DNA of 64,000 nt, taken from the NCBI GenBank assembly GCA_017654855.1, contig CM030338.1, positions 1,364,001 through 1,428,000 of the forward strand, in the 5' to 3' direction. Numbering within the stretch: the first letter of the stretch is position 1; each line of letters begins with the position of its first letter. Shown here piece by piece: positions 1 to 13,745 of the stretch. The notes beneath the pieces were generated by a model that saw nothing but the letters and a program-made list of their open reading frames with translations, searched no databases and was not told where the DNA came from. The DNA is from Podospora anserina. Its lineage: Eukaryota. The position numbers and the translations under genes are program-made.

Positions 1-479
1 GACTCGGGGTATGCATCGTGAGAAGAAGTCATGGTGAAGAGGTTCAGTCAAGAGATACTGAAGGTAAAGGTCTCGACCACCGGCCAAGTGGACCTCATTT
101 ACACCCCCGTCGATGGTACGGCGGGGAGTCCACAGCTCCCGCCGCCGCCGATCCGGCTGCTTCCTTGGCCGGCCACACGTGGAGAGGCTGCTGAAGAAGG
201 GACCCCCTGGCGAAGAAGGATTTGACGCGCCTTACACAAGACCTCAACATGATGACGGTGGAAATCACCGACCGATTCTCATTCATTCTCCCGCTGTTCG
301 AAGGATTTATCAAGCGCCTCCCTCACGCATTCACCGTTCCCGGTCAAAACACCGTTCAGTAAACCCAACGTCGCCATCGTCCTGTCGTGTGCCCTGAGGT
401 GTGGGAAGGAGAAGCCATTCCATATCGAGACAGGACCCAATGGCCAGGTACCATTTATAAATTTCGCTTATGCGGAGAT

Positions 480-1530
480 TTAACTGCTTCCCAAAAACAC
501 CACGACCGTGCTGTTTCCCCCCTGCCAGTGTCTTTGGTTCATCATCCAGATTTCGATAGAAGTCGAGCCATCGAATGGTTCATATCCAGCCGCTCTGGTC
601 CAATCTGTACCTGCGTCGCCCATTCGGCTCGGAGCCAGGAACCGCGTCCGGGACCGCCACCCGCCATCAATATTCATCTCTTGTTTTTGTTCATCCATCC
701 CAAATGACTCCTTCCGTGGTCAGATGCCCAGCAAACGTCTGTGTGTTGGTAAGCGCGTCTCCACCTTTGGACCTGAAGTCGAAACAACCAGAAGAGAAAA
801 AAGTCTGGAAAGATGGTTCCCTATCGTGAGAGATCAGGAAGATGCAGAGAATCAATATTCTCTGCAACCCTTGTTGGGGGCGTGAGCAGCTCCAATAAAA
901 TAGGAAAAGGCTGCTCAATAAACACCACCTGGACCGGGCTCAGCCCCACGCACGCTGCACCCAACGGTGCATCTTGACCCATCTTGCGCGATGCGGATGC
1001 CCTTCCTGGAGGAGCCCATGCCTGCGTCCACGTCCCGATCTGGGAGGGGGGGGGTGGAGGGGCTTCCAGGGTCCCCTGGACCTCCCAAGACTGCTGGACT
1101 GGTCTCGCCCGCTGTGCCGCTGCTTGTTTCTATTTTACTCTTGGGCTCTGCCGTTGCTGCTTGCTCTCTCTCTGTTTGGGTGGTGCTTGTTTCCAACACA
1201 CACCTCTCCGTCGTCACTCGTTCACCCTCACGGCCAAGGAGATATTCACTTATCTTCACGAGTATTCCGTCAGTCAGCTGGAGCCTTCTCCTTCCAAACT
1301 CGGCGACGGCATTATCGCTCAAATTATACCGCTCTCGCAAGCCGTCTCATTGGTGTCCAGCTCGTCCCACGCGGCAGTCGTATATTTACCCGGCCTCCCC
1401 ATATTGACCTACCAGCAAATCCAGCTGGTCCAGGTCCTCAACCAAGGCCAAGTCCTGCAGGGTGGACTGGGGAAAAGAGAACAGGTCGATATAATACAAC
1501 TCGACATCTTTGCCCAGGCCAATTCTTAGT
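480..1530 (-). pseudogene. Possible decayed coding relic of unknown family
   Basis: The frame of ORF 915-1340 extends upstream through two stops (RIGLGKDVELYYIDLFSFPQSTLQDLALVEDLDQLDLLVGQYGEAG*IYDCRVGRAGHQ*DGLRERYNLSD...). Further protein-like fragments follow at 480-918. No family recognised. Confidence 0.25.
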
Positions 1531-1720
1531 GTCAACTACCTTACTCTTCACGTCCAACGCCGATCTGTTTTGTCTGACCCAGTCCGATCGTCCACTCGGT
1601 CACTCGTTAGGGGAAAAAAAATAACAGCTTCAAAAACCTGGGGTCGTGGTACAAGGTGATGTCGCACAGGTGAAATCGGAGCCATTTCCCGCAGCCGCGA
1701 CGCAATACAGACATAAAAAA

Positions 1721-2884
1721 ATGGCCGGAAAGATAGTAACCAGATCCTCGGGTTGGGCCCGCCGATCACAACCTTCATGGACCAACATCCTGACCCTCTT
1801 CGCTTGCTTGGCCTGTCACGCCTTGGCCTCCACACCAGATGGCCCTGAGCCTGTCGAGACATTGATAATCGACACCAGAAGTCCATACAAGACAGACAAT
1901 GGGTGGGTGATGCTTTCACCAAGAGACGCGGAAGACTGGAAGCAGTGGAAGAAGCGTCAGAACGACAAGGACGACGACGAGGACGAGAAATCAAGCTCAA
2001 CAGCCAAGCCATCAGTAACAACAACATTCGCCATCGTTGCTGGAAAGCCCACACAAAGCAGCACTACATCTTCCGAGACCGCCCCAAGCGCCCTGCCAAC
2101 ACATCTCGACAGCTTGGCCTCTGGGTTCAAGGAAGGATCCAACGGTGATCCCAACGCATGCCCCAAATTCATCAACTGGTTCCTCAACACCCCCGAGTTC
2201 AAGGAGTGCTACCCCCTCTCCATGCTCCTCGATGTAAGCTTTTCATCTCCATCCCTCTTCCCCTCCCATATATACTAACCCACCCAGCACTCCAAATCCT
2301 TCTTCGACGCCCAGCGCTCCCCGGTAACCATCACCCGCACCCTCGACGCCACCTGCGCAGCCAACGCCACCCGCTGCTCCCAGTACTTTGCCCAGCTAGC
2401 CCAAAACTTCACCTCGACGGAAAACTGCGGCAATGACTACACCTGGGGCACACCCGCCATCGTCAACACGTACAAGGCCATGGTTGCCTACGCGCCCATT
2501 TATAGTGTTGGCTGTTTACGGGATGAGAAGACGTCGGCGTACTGCTTTGCCAATGCCGTGGGCAACACCACCAGCAGGGGGAACACTTATTTGTACACCC
2601 TCCTCCCGTTCAACAAGAGCTTGCCTGGGAGTAGCGTGACGACGTGTGACGAATGTACGAGGCAGACGATGAATATCTACCAGGCGTCGACGGCGGATAG
2701 GAGACAGCAGATCAGCCTGACGTATGAGGGGGCCGCGAAGCAGATTAATCTTGTTTGCGGGCCGGGGTTTGTGCAGGAGACGCTGGCGCCCGAGGCGGTG
2801 AGGAGTTGGGCGGGGAGGAAGGGGAGGGTGGTGGAGTGGACGGGGTTTGGGGTTGTGATGGGGGTGTTGGTGTGGTTGATTTAA
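1721..2884 (+). CDS. Secreted/GPI-anchor-like Cys-rich fungal protein (resembles DUF7729-type proteins), 2 exons
   Basis: ATG at 1721, hydrophobic segment ILTLFACLACHALA, Ser/Thr-rich linker. Intron 2234-2287 (GTAAGC, TACTAAC, CAG) joins ...CYPLSMLLD to HSKSFFDAQ... in frame. Multiple Cys and a hydrophobic C-terminus (GVVMGVLVWLI). Confidence 0.85.
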
Positions 2885-3915
2885 GGGGTTTTTTTTGGTC
2901 TGTGAGGCGCGTGGTTTGGTTCTTGTTCGATACCCCCCTTTTTTTGTTTTTTGTTTTTTTTTGGAGAGAGCGATTTCTACGACATATTTATTGGACCTTT
3001 TGTCGACATACATGCACACAAAAAGACAGGTTCACACACGTCATTTTACGGACCATCTTTTGGAAATGATGGGGAACTGCATAATTTCTATTTATTTCTC
3101 CCTTTTGGAAGGGAAGATGAAAATTTGGTGGGATGGACACAGAAGATTGGTTGAGGATGAGGATAATGGTTCTGGAATTTTGCGCGGCGTTCTTTTGGGA
3201 AGATTACTATGATTCGGGGCAAGGAAAGATTCATGACGGGTTGGTTGATATGATATTATTCGAGCGTGGAGTTCGTGTACATACCTTTATGATGTTTGTT
3301 TCTGGCTCGTATCGACCTTACTTTACTGGTCTACAACTGCTCAACAAGACCTTGTGTTAGAGAAATGTAATGTTGATGTTTATTGAAGATGTTAACCTCT
3401 ATTTGTCTACCTATCTTGCTCGTTGTGCCGTGGCCTATCCATCAGGTACCTCACTGCCATTGCCCTCCGGCTGGTTGTCCACACACTGCTTCTGCCTCCA
3501 CCATGCTGTCCAATATGATGCCGGCTTACTGACAGCACCACACGCACAGCATCACGCTCAACACCGGACACACCGACACCATGACGTGATGCAAGAGTAT
3601 ACTTGAACTGAAAAGATCGATGGAATGTGTGAATAAAAGAAAGCTATTGAAAGGAGCGTATATGACCATATATATACCCGAAAGAACACATATAACCAAG
3701 CTGCCAAGCTCTCTACAGCCTTACCTTCTTCACACCGTAGGTACCACAAGTGTACCTTTGCAATATACCCAATTATCCTGCTCCTCTGACCTTTTTCAAT
3801 AGTTGCTACACAGTGAGAAAACTGCCAAACCCCCTTATCACCGTAAAAAAAACCGACCATCACTGACGTTTATACCTAGGTAGTTTTTGTCACAGAATAT
3901 CCCCACCCGCACCAT

Positions 3916-5713
3916 TTAATGGCCAGCATAATGCAAAACATTGCCATATACCATGGGCATCACTGGCATCACTGGCATCACTGGCATCACTGGCATCACT
4001 GGCATCACTGGCATCACTGGCATCACTGGCATCACTGGCATCACTGGCATCACTGGCATCACTGGCATCACTGGCATCACTGGCACCACTGGCACCATTG
4101 GCACAGTGACCATGCCGCCTCCATAAAACCCATTGCAAGAACAACAACAGCAGCAGCTTTGAACATGCATGCGATTCACCACAGGTGCAGGTGGCCACGC
4201 GGCCTGACCCGAAGTCACCTGTATGCTGCAGTTGCCATTGACAACTTGAACCGATGCACCTGGCCCTTGACAATTGACAACAATCGAGGTGTTTTGTCTT
4301 TGGCCGCCATTATTGACAACAACTGAGGCGCTTGGTCCCTGGCCGTGGTAGCTAACGCTGTGTGTGTAAGATGTGAGAGGCTGCGTAACTGTGCTGACTG
4401 TTCCCACGGTCCCTGAAACCTGGCGGTTGCCGGTGACGTTTGTCTGGGGTTTGGTTTCTGGGACGATGACCAGACTTGTGCCGGGTGTCGGTTTCTGGAC
4501 TGGTTTGCTCGTTGTGACCACTGCTGGCTTGGCGGGTGTCGGTGCTACCTCTGGTTTCCTCGTCGGGGCAACGACCGGTTTTCGTGTTGGCTTTGGTGTT
4601 GGCTTCGAGGCTATCGGGAGAGGATAGAGGGCCATCAAGAATTTCTTGTCTCCATCCGACAGGACACTGTTCAGCGGTACGGGCTGGATTTTGTTATTCG
4701 TGTCTCCAATCTCTATCCGGTAATGCATGATGGAGTGTTTGTCGTACGGTGCGAGCTTTATTCGTGGGGACTGATGTTTCTTGTAATTATGCTGCACCTT
4801 TTCCGCAGTCCATCCTGTCTTTGCCTGTAGGACCCTCCAGTTCCAGTCGGCACGACAGTCTGGATGTCCGTGTTCGTGCTCCATGCCCAACGCATGACCA
4901 AACTCATGCAATATTGTGCGCTGGAGCCACTGCCTTCTTTTTTCCGCCGATTTTATTGTCGTCGACCGATTAATCCATAAGGTGGGCTTATTGGGGTAAC
5001 GCTCTGCATCGCGGGCAAGGTAGCTACAAGACTCCTTGTCGTTGAACTGGACGCGGATGTCCGAGTCGCCAGAAGTTCCGTCTGTAAAGAAGAAGAACTT
5101 GATCCGCAGAGGAAGTGAGTTGTATATGCTTATTGACAAGCTGTTTCACATAGTCCTTTTCTTGTGTCGTACTGTTAAGGAAGCGCACTTTCAGCTGGCG
5201 CTTATCGGAGGGCCACAAGAGGTCGTTTCTAGCTGCTCCGCATACCGGCGCTGGGGATATGCGCCGTGAGAATGTGATCTCATCATCCTCATCGTCCTCA
5301 TCGTCATCATCACTATCGTCAGAGTCGTCATCATCATACTCGTCAGAGTCATAGTCGTCTTCTGAAAACTCAGAGTCGTTGGTGGAGCGGATAAGGGCGG
5401 CGGCTATCCTCAACTTGGTACGGGCAACATAGGACTTCAAGCGACGTTTAGAGCGGTCCCATAGCCCGGGTTTGGTCATGTTTATCGTATCAGCCAATAA
5501 TTCTGGCTCTGCTTCGCACTAAGAATAAGGTAATAAGATGGTCGTAGAGGATCCGGGATACAACCGCCGTCGAGAGACGTGAGGGGGTTGCTCAAAGGTC
5601 GGACCAGCTGAGAACGAGAACGCAGCTGCTGTTGACTGCCTAAACACATGGAAAGCAGGTCTCAGCCTCGCCGCCATGTCGTACAAGACATGCGTGCGAG
5701 GCTTCGAATTCAT
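3916..5713 (-). pseudogene. Metzincin (astacin/MMP-like ZnMc) metalloprotease gene with an in-frame TAG and a frameshift
   Basis: HEFGHALGMEHEH zinc motif, SIMHY Met-turn, LWP..LKVRFL N-terminal strand motif, PVCG. ATG 5713 is in GCCGCCATG context. TAG at 5519-5521 is in frame with the next ORF. A one-base frame break at ~5122-5128 (AAG CAT A TAC AAC) has no splice sites. Confidence 0.8.
3956..4099. repeat. 9-bp tandem repeat (GGCATCACT)x14 plus two degenerate units, encoding (VMP)n on the minus strand
   Basis: Perfect units at 3956-4081, then GGCACCACT and GGCACCATT. Confidence 0.98.
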
Positions 5714-5815
5714 GGCGGCCGTTCATTCGCTGACCTCCTGTTTTACTCTCTGCGACGGCATTGCAATGACTTCGGGGCTACCAAGGGGTAAGGGCTGTTA
5801 TTGCATTTCAACTTT

Positions 5816-5882
5816 CCCTTAACCATTTGATTAGGGCAGAGTGGATGGGATATCATATTTTTGGCTGGGTATTGTCGTATAT
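5816..5882 (-). pseudogene. Truncated 5S rRNA relic (5' ~67 nt only)
   Basis: Aligns to the 6089-6208 copy with mostly C>T/G>A changes. The 3' half, including box C and the terminator, is absent. The upstream flank is homologous to the other copies. Confidence 0.85.
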
Positions 5883-6088
5883 GATAGTTAGCGACAGAGC
5901 CGGCCATGATAAGAAAGCCTTTTCTTGGAGAACAATTCTAGAATGATGGTGAGATTATTCGTCATCTTCTTAACCCCAGGTTGAATCATGATCAACAGAC
6001 AAGATCCAAAACAGTCACATTCAAAAGCTCGACTCATCTCCTCGGGCCGTAACAAGAAAAAGAAAAAAAAAAGGAGGCAAAAGCCAAA

Positions 6089-6208
6089 ACATACAACACC
6101 GAGAATTCCCCAGTGGTCACCCGCCTGAGTACTAATTCGGCCCCTCAACCATTTGACTAGGGCAGAGCGGACGGGATGCCGTATTTTTGGTTGGGTATGG
6201 TCGTATGT
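6089..6208 (-). rRNA. 5S rRNA gene (isotype A)
   Basis: 120 nt, ACATACGACCATAC...GGTGTTGTATGT, with the conserved CATCCCGTCCGCTCT and AGTACTCAGG blocks. T-rich terminator downstream. Confidence 0.9.
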
Positions 6209-6462
6209 GATAGTCAGCGTCAGAGCCGGCCATTAGGAGAAAGCTTTGCTTCTTGAAGAACCAACTCTACCCTGTAGCTATTCAGGCACCACATCTCGAT
6301 ATCAGAATGATGGCGGGATCATTCACCATCTTCTTAACCCCCAGACTGAATCATATCAATAATGAAGACTGAGCAAACCGTCACATCTGACCCAGGCCCC
6401 CAGCTATCCCTGATGAACGATCCATTAGCCAAAAAAAGAAAAAAGAGAAAAAAAAGACTAAA

Positions 6463-6582
6463 ACATACAACACCGAGGATTCCCCAGTGGTCACCCACCT
6501 GAGTACTGATTCGGCCGGTCAGCTGTTTGACTCGGGCAGAGCGGACGGGATGCCGTATTTTCAGCTGCGTATGGTCGTATGT
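6463..6582 (-). rRNA. 5S rRNA gene (isotype B)
   Basis: 120 nt full-length fungal 5S with self-pairing ends, downstream T runs, and TCATAAT at -30..-24. Confidence 0.95.
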
Positions 6583-6605
6583 GATAGTCAACACCAGAGC
6601 TTGCC

Positions 6606-6612
6606 ATTATGA
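6606..6612 (-). promoter_or_regulatory. TATA-like upstream element of 5S gene (TCATAAT at -30..-24)
   Basis: Position and sequence resemble the TATA-like box known upstream of Neurospora 5S genes. The equivalent site is altered in the other two copies. Confidence 0.5.
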
Positions 6613-7362
6613 CAGGATCGGTGAAGAGCTTTTCTTGGAGACCGAACTCTACCCCCTATATCTCGACAGTCTATTGACTATGCAGACATGCTTCATGAGC
6701 TCAGAAAGAGAACAAATACAAGAGAAACGGCAAGTAAGCACTAGAGATGTTCTCTTGGATGTATCTCAGGAAAGGCAAGTGGCCGTGTCGAATCATTGAT
6801 GCTGGGACAACAGCTCATCATGGTATGTTTCTCTTCAAATTTTCTTTGAACAGGCAGTCAGTTAGAAAAGGGATAATATGAGACTGCCCAGAATATGGCC
6901 AAAAGCCAAAGGAATCAGCCACGAAAGACAGGAACTGACATACACATAGAACTCGACACCAGTAATCATATCATCACAAAGAAAGCCTCAGGAGTATGTC
7001 AAGATCAATTACCCGCTTTTTTAGCCCTGTCCCAATCATGTCGAATATCCTCGGTTTTGTCATGCCCCAGAAGTAACCCTTTGCTGATTCCGGTCGTCAG
7101 ACCTTCCCGGTGAGAAGTGAACGCCCATTTTGACAGAATTTCCCCAAGAAACAAAGCACGCATTAGTTGTTGTAAGCTGCCTCGTTTTGTTCTTTTTTTT
7201 GCCTTGCCCGTGAGACGGAGCAGAGCTCTGGGTTGTATTCCACTAGCTTCTGAATTTGTTCGCTAGTTAAACCACAGACAAAAAGCAGACCTTTCCCTAA
7301 GAACCCCTGAGATGCCCCAAAACACGAAAAGATGATGTTGCCCCGCAAAGAGTGCTGACCAT

Positions 7363-8163
7363 TTAGACCTCGGTGGTGACCTTGGCCTTGGCGTTGGTGA
7401 CCTTGACGGATAATTGCTTGGCTCTGGCAATGATCTCGATGCGCTTTCTGGAGGAGACGTTGTGGGCGATCCTGTAAACAGTTAGTCAGTTTTGTTTGTT
7501 CAAACCTCACTCGGCAGCGTTCCATATTCGCGGGCTCGAAACGGGAGGATGGGGACGTACTCGGCAGCATAGGTCTTGTTGTGCATGAGGAGGAGCTCGA
7601 CGTCACGGACGTTGCTGACGAGGAAGGCCTTGTGGCCGGAGGGCATCATGTGGCGGGTCTTCTTGTTGGAGCCATAGCCGATCTAGAGAGTATTGCAACC
7701 GCACAGGTTAGCCACTGTCGTTTGTAGTCTGTGACTTGTCAAGTCTAATTGTCTGCCCCCCCTCGAAAAAAACAGCAGCAATTCCGCATGCTCAATTCGA
7801 GGCTCCCCCGAGATGAAAATTGTGCCACATACCGAGGGCATAGCAAGGTTGCTCTTGAACCGTCTGCGGACTCTGTTGTCGATACCCTTAGGCTTGCGCC
7901 AGGCCGAGTCCACCCGCATGAACCGGTCACTCTGGTGGCGGGTGAAGCGCTTCGTGCCTGTTCAGAACCATTCTCGTCAACAATCATGTCCCTCCAATTT
8001 TCATCCATGAATCGCGGGTGGTTGCTGTGTTGTCGCCCAGATCGAGCGAGGGAAAAACATCGTGTGTATGATTTGTGCGGATAGTGTCGTCGGGGTGGGA
8101 TATTTTGGATTCGTGGTACGTACGCTTCTTGACGATCGGGACGTGCTTCTTGGCGGCAACCAT
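7363..8163 (-). CDS. RPL32: 60S ribosomal protein L32 (eL32), 4 coding exons
   Basis: Exons 8163-8124, 7957-7833, 7682-7561 and 7471-7363 give [29 protein letters not shown]...[16 protein letters not shown]...[16 protein letters not shown]...[11 protein letters not shown]. Canonical splice sites. Confidence 0.98.
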
Positions 8164-8327
8164 CTTTGCAAAGTGTTAGAAATCGACTGTATCAATTGAG
8201 CGATGATAGCGGGGGTGCCGGTACATACCTTGACGGTGTTTTGTCGGATTGATGGTGGACGATGGGCTGGCGTCGATATCGGGACCTACCTTGGGAAAAA
8301 TTCCAGAAATTGGGAGAGCTGGTGGGC

Positions 8328-8456
8328 TTAGGGCTGGTGTGGAAAATTGTTAGACAGGTGGCCTGTGCGCACAGACTAACTCGCCGCGGAATCTTGGCAG
8401 TTGCGGCACAGATTGTCAATGTTGTGGGGCCCAAATATCTTATCGATAAGCCCTAT
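8328..8456. promoter_or_regulatory. Two AGCCCTA(A/T) motifs upstream of RPL32
   Basis: TTAGGGCT at 8328-8335 and AAGCCCTAT at 8448-8456, in opposite orientation. They resemble the GCCCTAA-type motif described for ribosomal-protein promoters of filamentous ascomycetes. Confidence 0.35.
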
Positions 8457-8870
8457 TTCCGTCATTGATGCAAGCGATATGAGGCAGCATTCCTTTGCTG
8501 GACGTACGAGGAGAAGTTGGAGGATGATATGATCCCCGAAAAGCCATGATCCATTATGAAAATATGAGTCTATGTGCTTGCTGAAAAAATGCTACACCAC
8601 CCTCAAAAAGCAGCGCCGGCCCCCTCAAAGACCTGACGCTATCATCTATCGATGCTTGATATTTCCCCTTGTTGAGGAAAGTCTCCTTGGTGACGTGCCT
8701 CATCATGGCCCTCAACAGACCCAGCATCCGAGGGCGATCAGGGGACACAGTCTTTCACTGAATCTGTGGTGTTGTAGACCACGACAGTGGACTATTCCTG
8801 AAGCCGTCTGGTCCAGTCTTTTGACAAACGCCCAGCCCGCCGAAAATCCCGTCCTACACTTGAAGCTCCT

Positions 8871-10337
8871 TTACTGGGTAGCGCACTGGGGGCCGCCCTC
8901 ACCGTCATCCTCGTCTTCCTCCCACTCCCCACCGCTGTATCTGGGGTCTCCTTGGTGTGCGCCCATCTAAGATTTGAGTCAGCAGTGTTCAGTTTTCATC
9001 AGTCCGGGAGAGAGAAAACATACCTCTTCAATGTCCGCATTGTCCGTGAATTCGACGTCATCAATTTCGTCAGCAGCAATAGGGGGTCCTGGAGGAGGGA
9101 GAAGCTTCTTCAGCGCCTCGTGGTCGTCATCACTCTCGAGCCAGCCGTCCTTGGGGAACTCAATCTTGACAACAAGGTACAGGTCACCCTTGGCCTCACC
9201 GCGCTTGTGAGGCATGCCCTCGCCCTCGACCTTGAGAACCTGGCCGGGGCGGAGGACCTTGCCGCGAGGGTAGTTGATGTGAATACCTCTGCCATCAAGG
9301 TGCTTGACCACAACGCGAGAGAAGCCGGTGAGAGCCTCAGCAAGCGTGACATTGAGGTCGGCCGAGAGATCGTGACCGATACGGGTGAAGACGTCATGGG
9401 GCTCCTCGACAAGGTGGAAGATCAAATCGCCGGGGGTTTGGTCTGGCAATTGGTCTGCCTCGCCTTGGAGCACGATGCGGTCTCCTTGCATGGAGCCACG
9501 GTCGATGTAGAGCTCCAGTGCCTTCTTCTCCTTGAGAGTCCGCTTGCCCTTGCACTTCTTGCACCTGTCCTTCTCCTTGTAGTAGTTGCCCGAGCCCTCG
9601 CAGTGGTCGCAACGAATAATTTCTTGACGAGCGAGACCTGGGCCGAATGGGCGGAGAATCTCTCTGACACCCTGACCGCGGCACTTCTCGCATGGATTTG
9701 GCGCAACCTTCTCCTTCGCACCGCTGCCCTTGCACTGGCTGCACACAACCTGCTTCTCGGCGGCGAACTTGACAGTCTTCCCCTTATAAAGTTCTTCCAG
9801 CGTCACCTTGTAGGCCTGCTCTTCGTCGGGGCTGCGTCTGGGACGTCTGGGCATACCACGGCCACCGCCGGGCATGCCACCCATACCGCCCATGCCGAAC
9901 ATCTGGGAAAGGATGTCGTTCATGTCCATGCCCGGACCGCCCGGGCCGCCGCCTCTTGATGGGTCAAAGGCAGCCATGCCATGGGTATCGTAGAGTTCGC
10001 GCTTCTCGTCATCGCGAAGAATCTCGTAGGCTTGTGTGATGGCCTTGAACTTGGCCTCGGACTCGACACGCTTGTCTTCGGAGACCTTGTCGGGATGGTG
10101 TAGCAGGGCCAACTGGTTTGTAATCGTCAGTGTCTACCGGGTAAGACCCGTGGTGGCACAGTACATACCTTTCGATAGGCCTTCTTGATATCATTTGGGC
10201 TGGCAGACTTGTCTACGCCGAGGAGAGCTGCGAGTAGGAAAATTCGCAGTCAGTAATCTTTCAGACAGTCAAGGCTGCCTGAAGGATGTAGGATGCGACT
10301 CACCGTAGAGATCAACATCTTCTTCTTTGCCGTCCAT
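8871..10337 (-). CDS. Type I DnaJ/Hsp40 co-chaperone (Ydj1/Xdj1/Mas5 family), 4 exons
   Basis: J domain with HPD, G/M-rich linker, four CxxCxGxG-type repeats, C-terminal CaaX (CATQ). Exons 10337-10304, 10227-10169, 10112-9024, 8966-8871. Confidence 0.95.
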
Positions 10338-11108
10338 GATTGCGAGACCCCGTTAGCTTCGGATTTCTATAAAATTGATCCGACGTGTGATAGCCGTATG
10401 CCGCAACAATTGTCCAAATGCGACTCTGTGGCTTTCCGGGGATGGCGGGGTGGTGTCGAAGTTGGTTGATGGTAGAGCCTTGGGAAAGCAGTGGTGTTGT
10501 AACTGAATTTTTAGCCCATGAAGGTTGCGCCCCGCGTTCCAGGCTGTAGCGAAAAGTGCTCCAGAGTGTGCCAGGATTCGAGCCACGACGCCCAACTTTT
10601 GCTGGGCAAGCAAACAGTTTTTAAATCTTAATCTTTCGCCTCAGAACAAACATTAGATGAAAGGCTGGTGAAACATTTTATTTGCTTCAAGCGTTTCCAA
10701 ACTCATGTTTCTTACAAGCCTCCCCCACTGATCCTAACCTCATAATGCTCCTTGTTACATCCAGAGACATGGCAGCCAGTTCAACCTGGAGAACTCAGGA
10801 TGAACACAATGACCATTGCGGGAACTTCTGGAGCCGATAGCCGGTAGGTGATGTGCAGGTGATATCTGATATTTCACTAGACATCCCATGTCTGTGTCTG
10901 GCCTGCATCTATCAGGTTATGAATCACTGGGCAACACTTCAGATTGCATTTCTCTGCCTAAGCATCGTCTACCGCGACGAATCTCACGTAAATCCGCCCT
11001 ATCTCTGCATGCCAATAAAATCAATCTTGAGAATAGAGAGAGGTATAGTCAGATATCTTTCCATCTCTCATGGTCATGAATGACAAGAATTGTGAAATCC
11101 CATGTTGA

Positions 11109-13745
<2,637 letters not shown>

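Noticed and set aside
3878..3883. AGGTAG, matching the RGGTAG target site of the Podospora Enterprise/Spok block
   Set aside because: A 6-mer expected by chance. No matching second site at the other junction and no recombinase or Spok sequence is visible.
3956..4099. Repeat considered as a CRISPR-like array
   Set aside because: No spacers, a 9-bp unit, and eukaryotic context.
3919..4326. Plus-strand ORF encoding (HHW)n, and sibling frames encoding (GIT)n and (ASD)n
   Set aside because: These are alternative readings of the stop-free 9-bp repeat. The minus-strand VMP frame is continuous with the protease domain and explains the degenerate flanking units.
7683..8123. RPL32 introns as snoRNA hosts
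   Set aside because: No convincing box C/D pair with terminal stem or H/ACA layout was seen.
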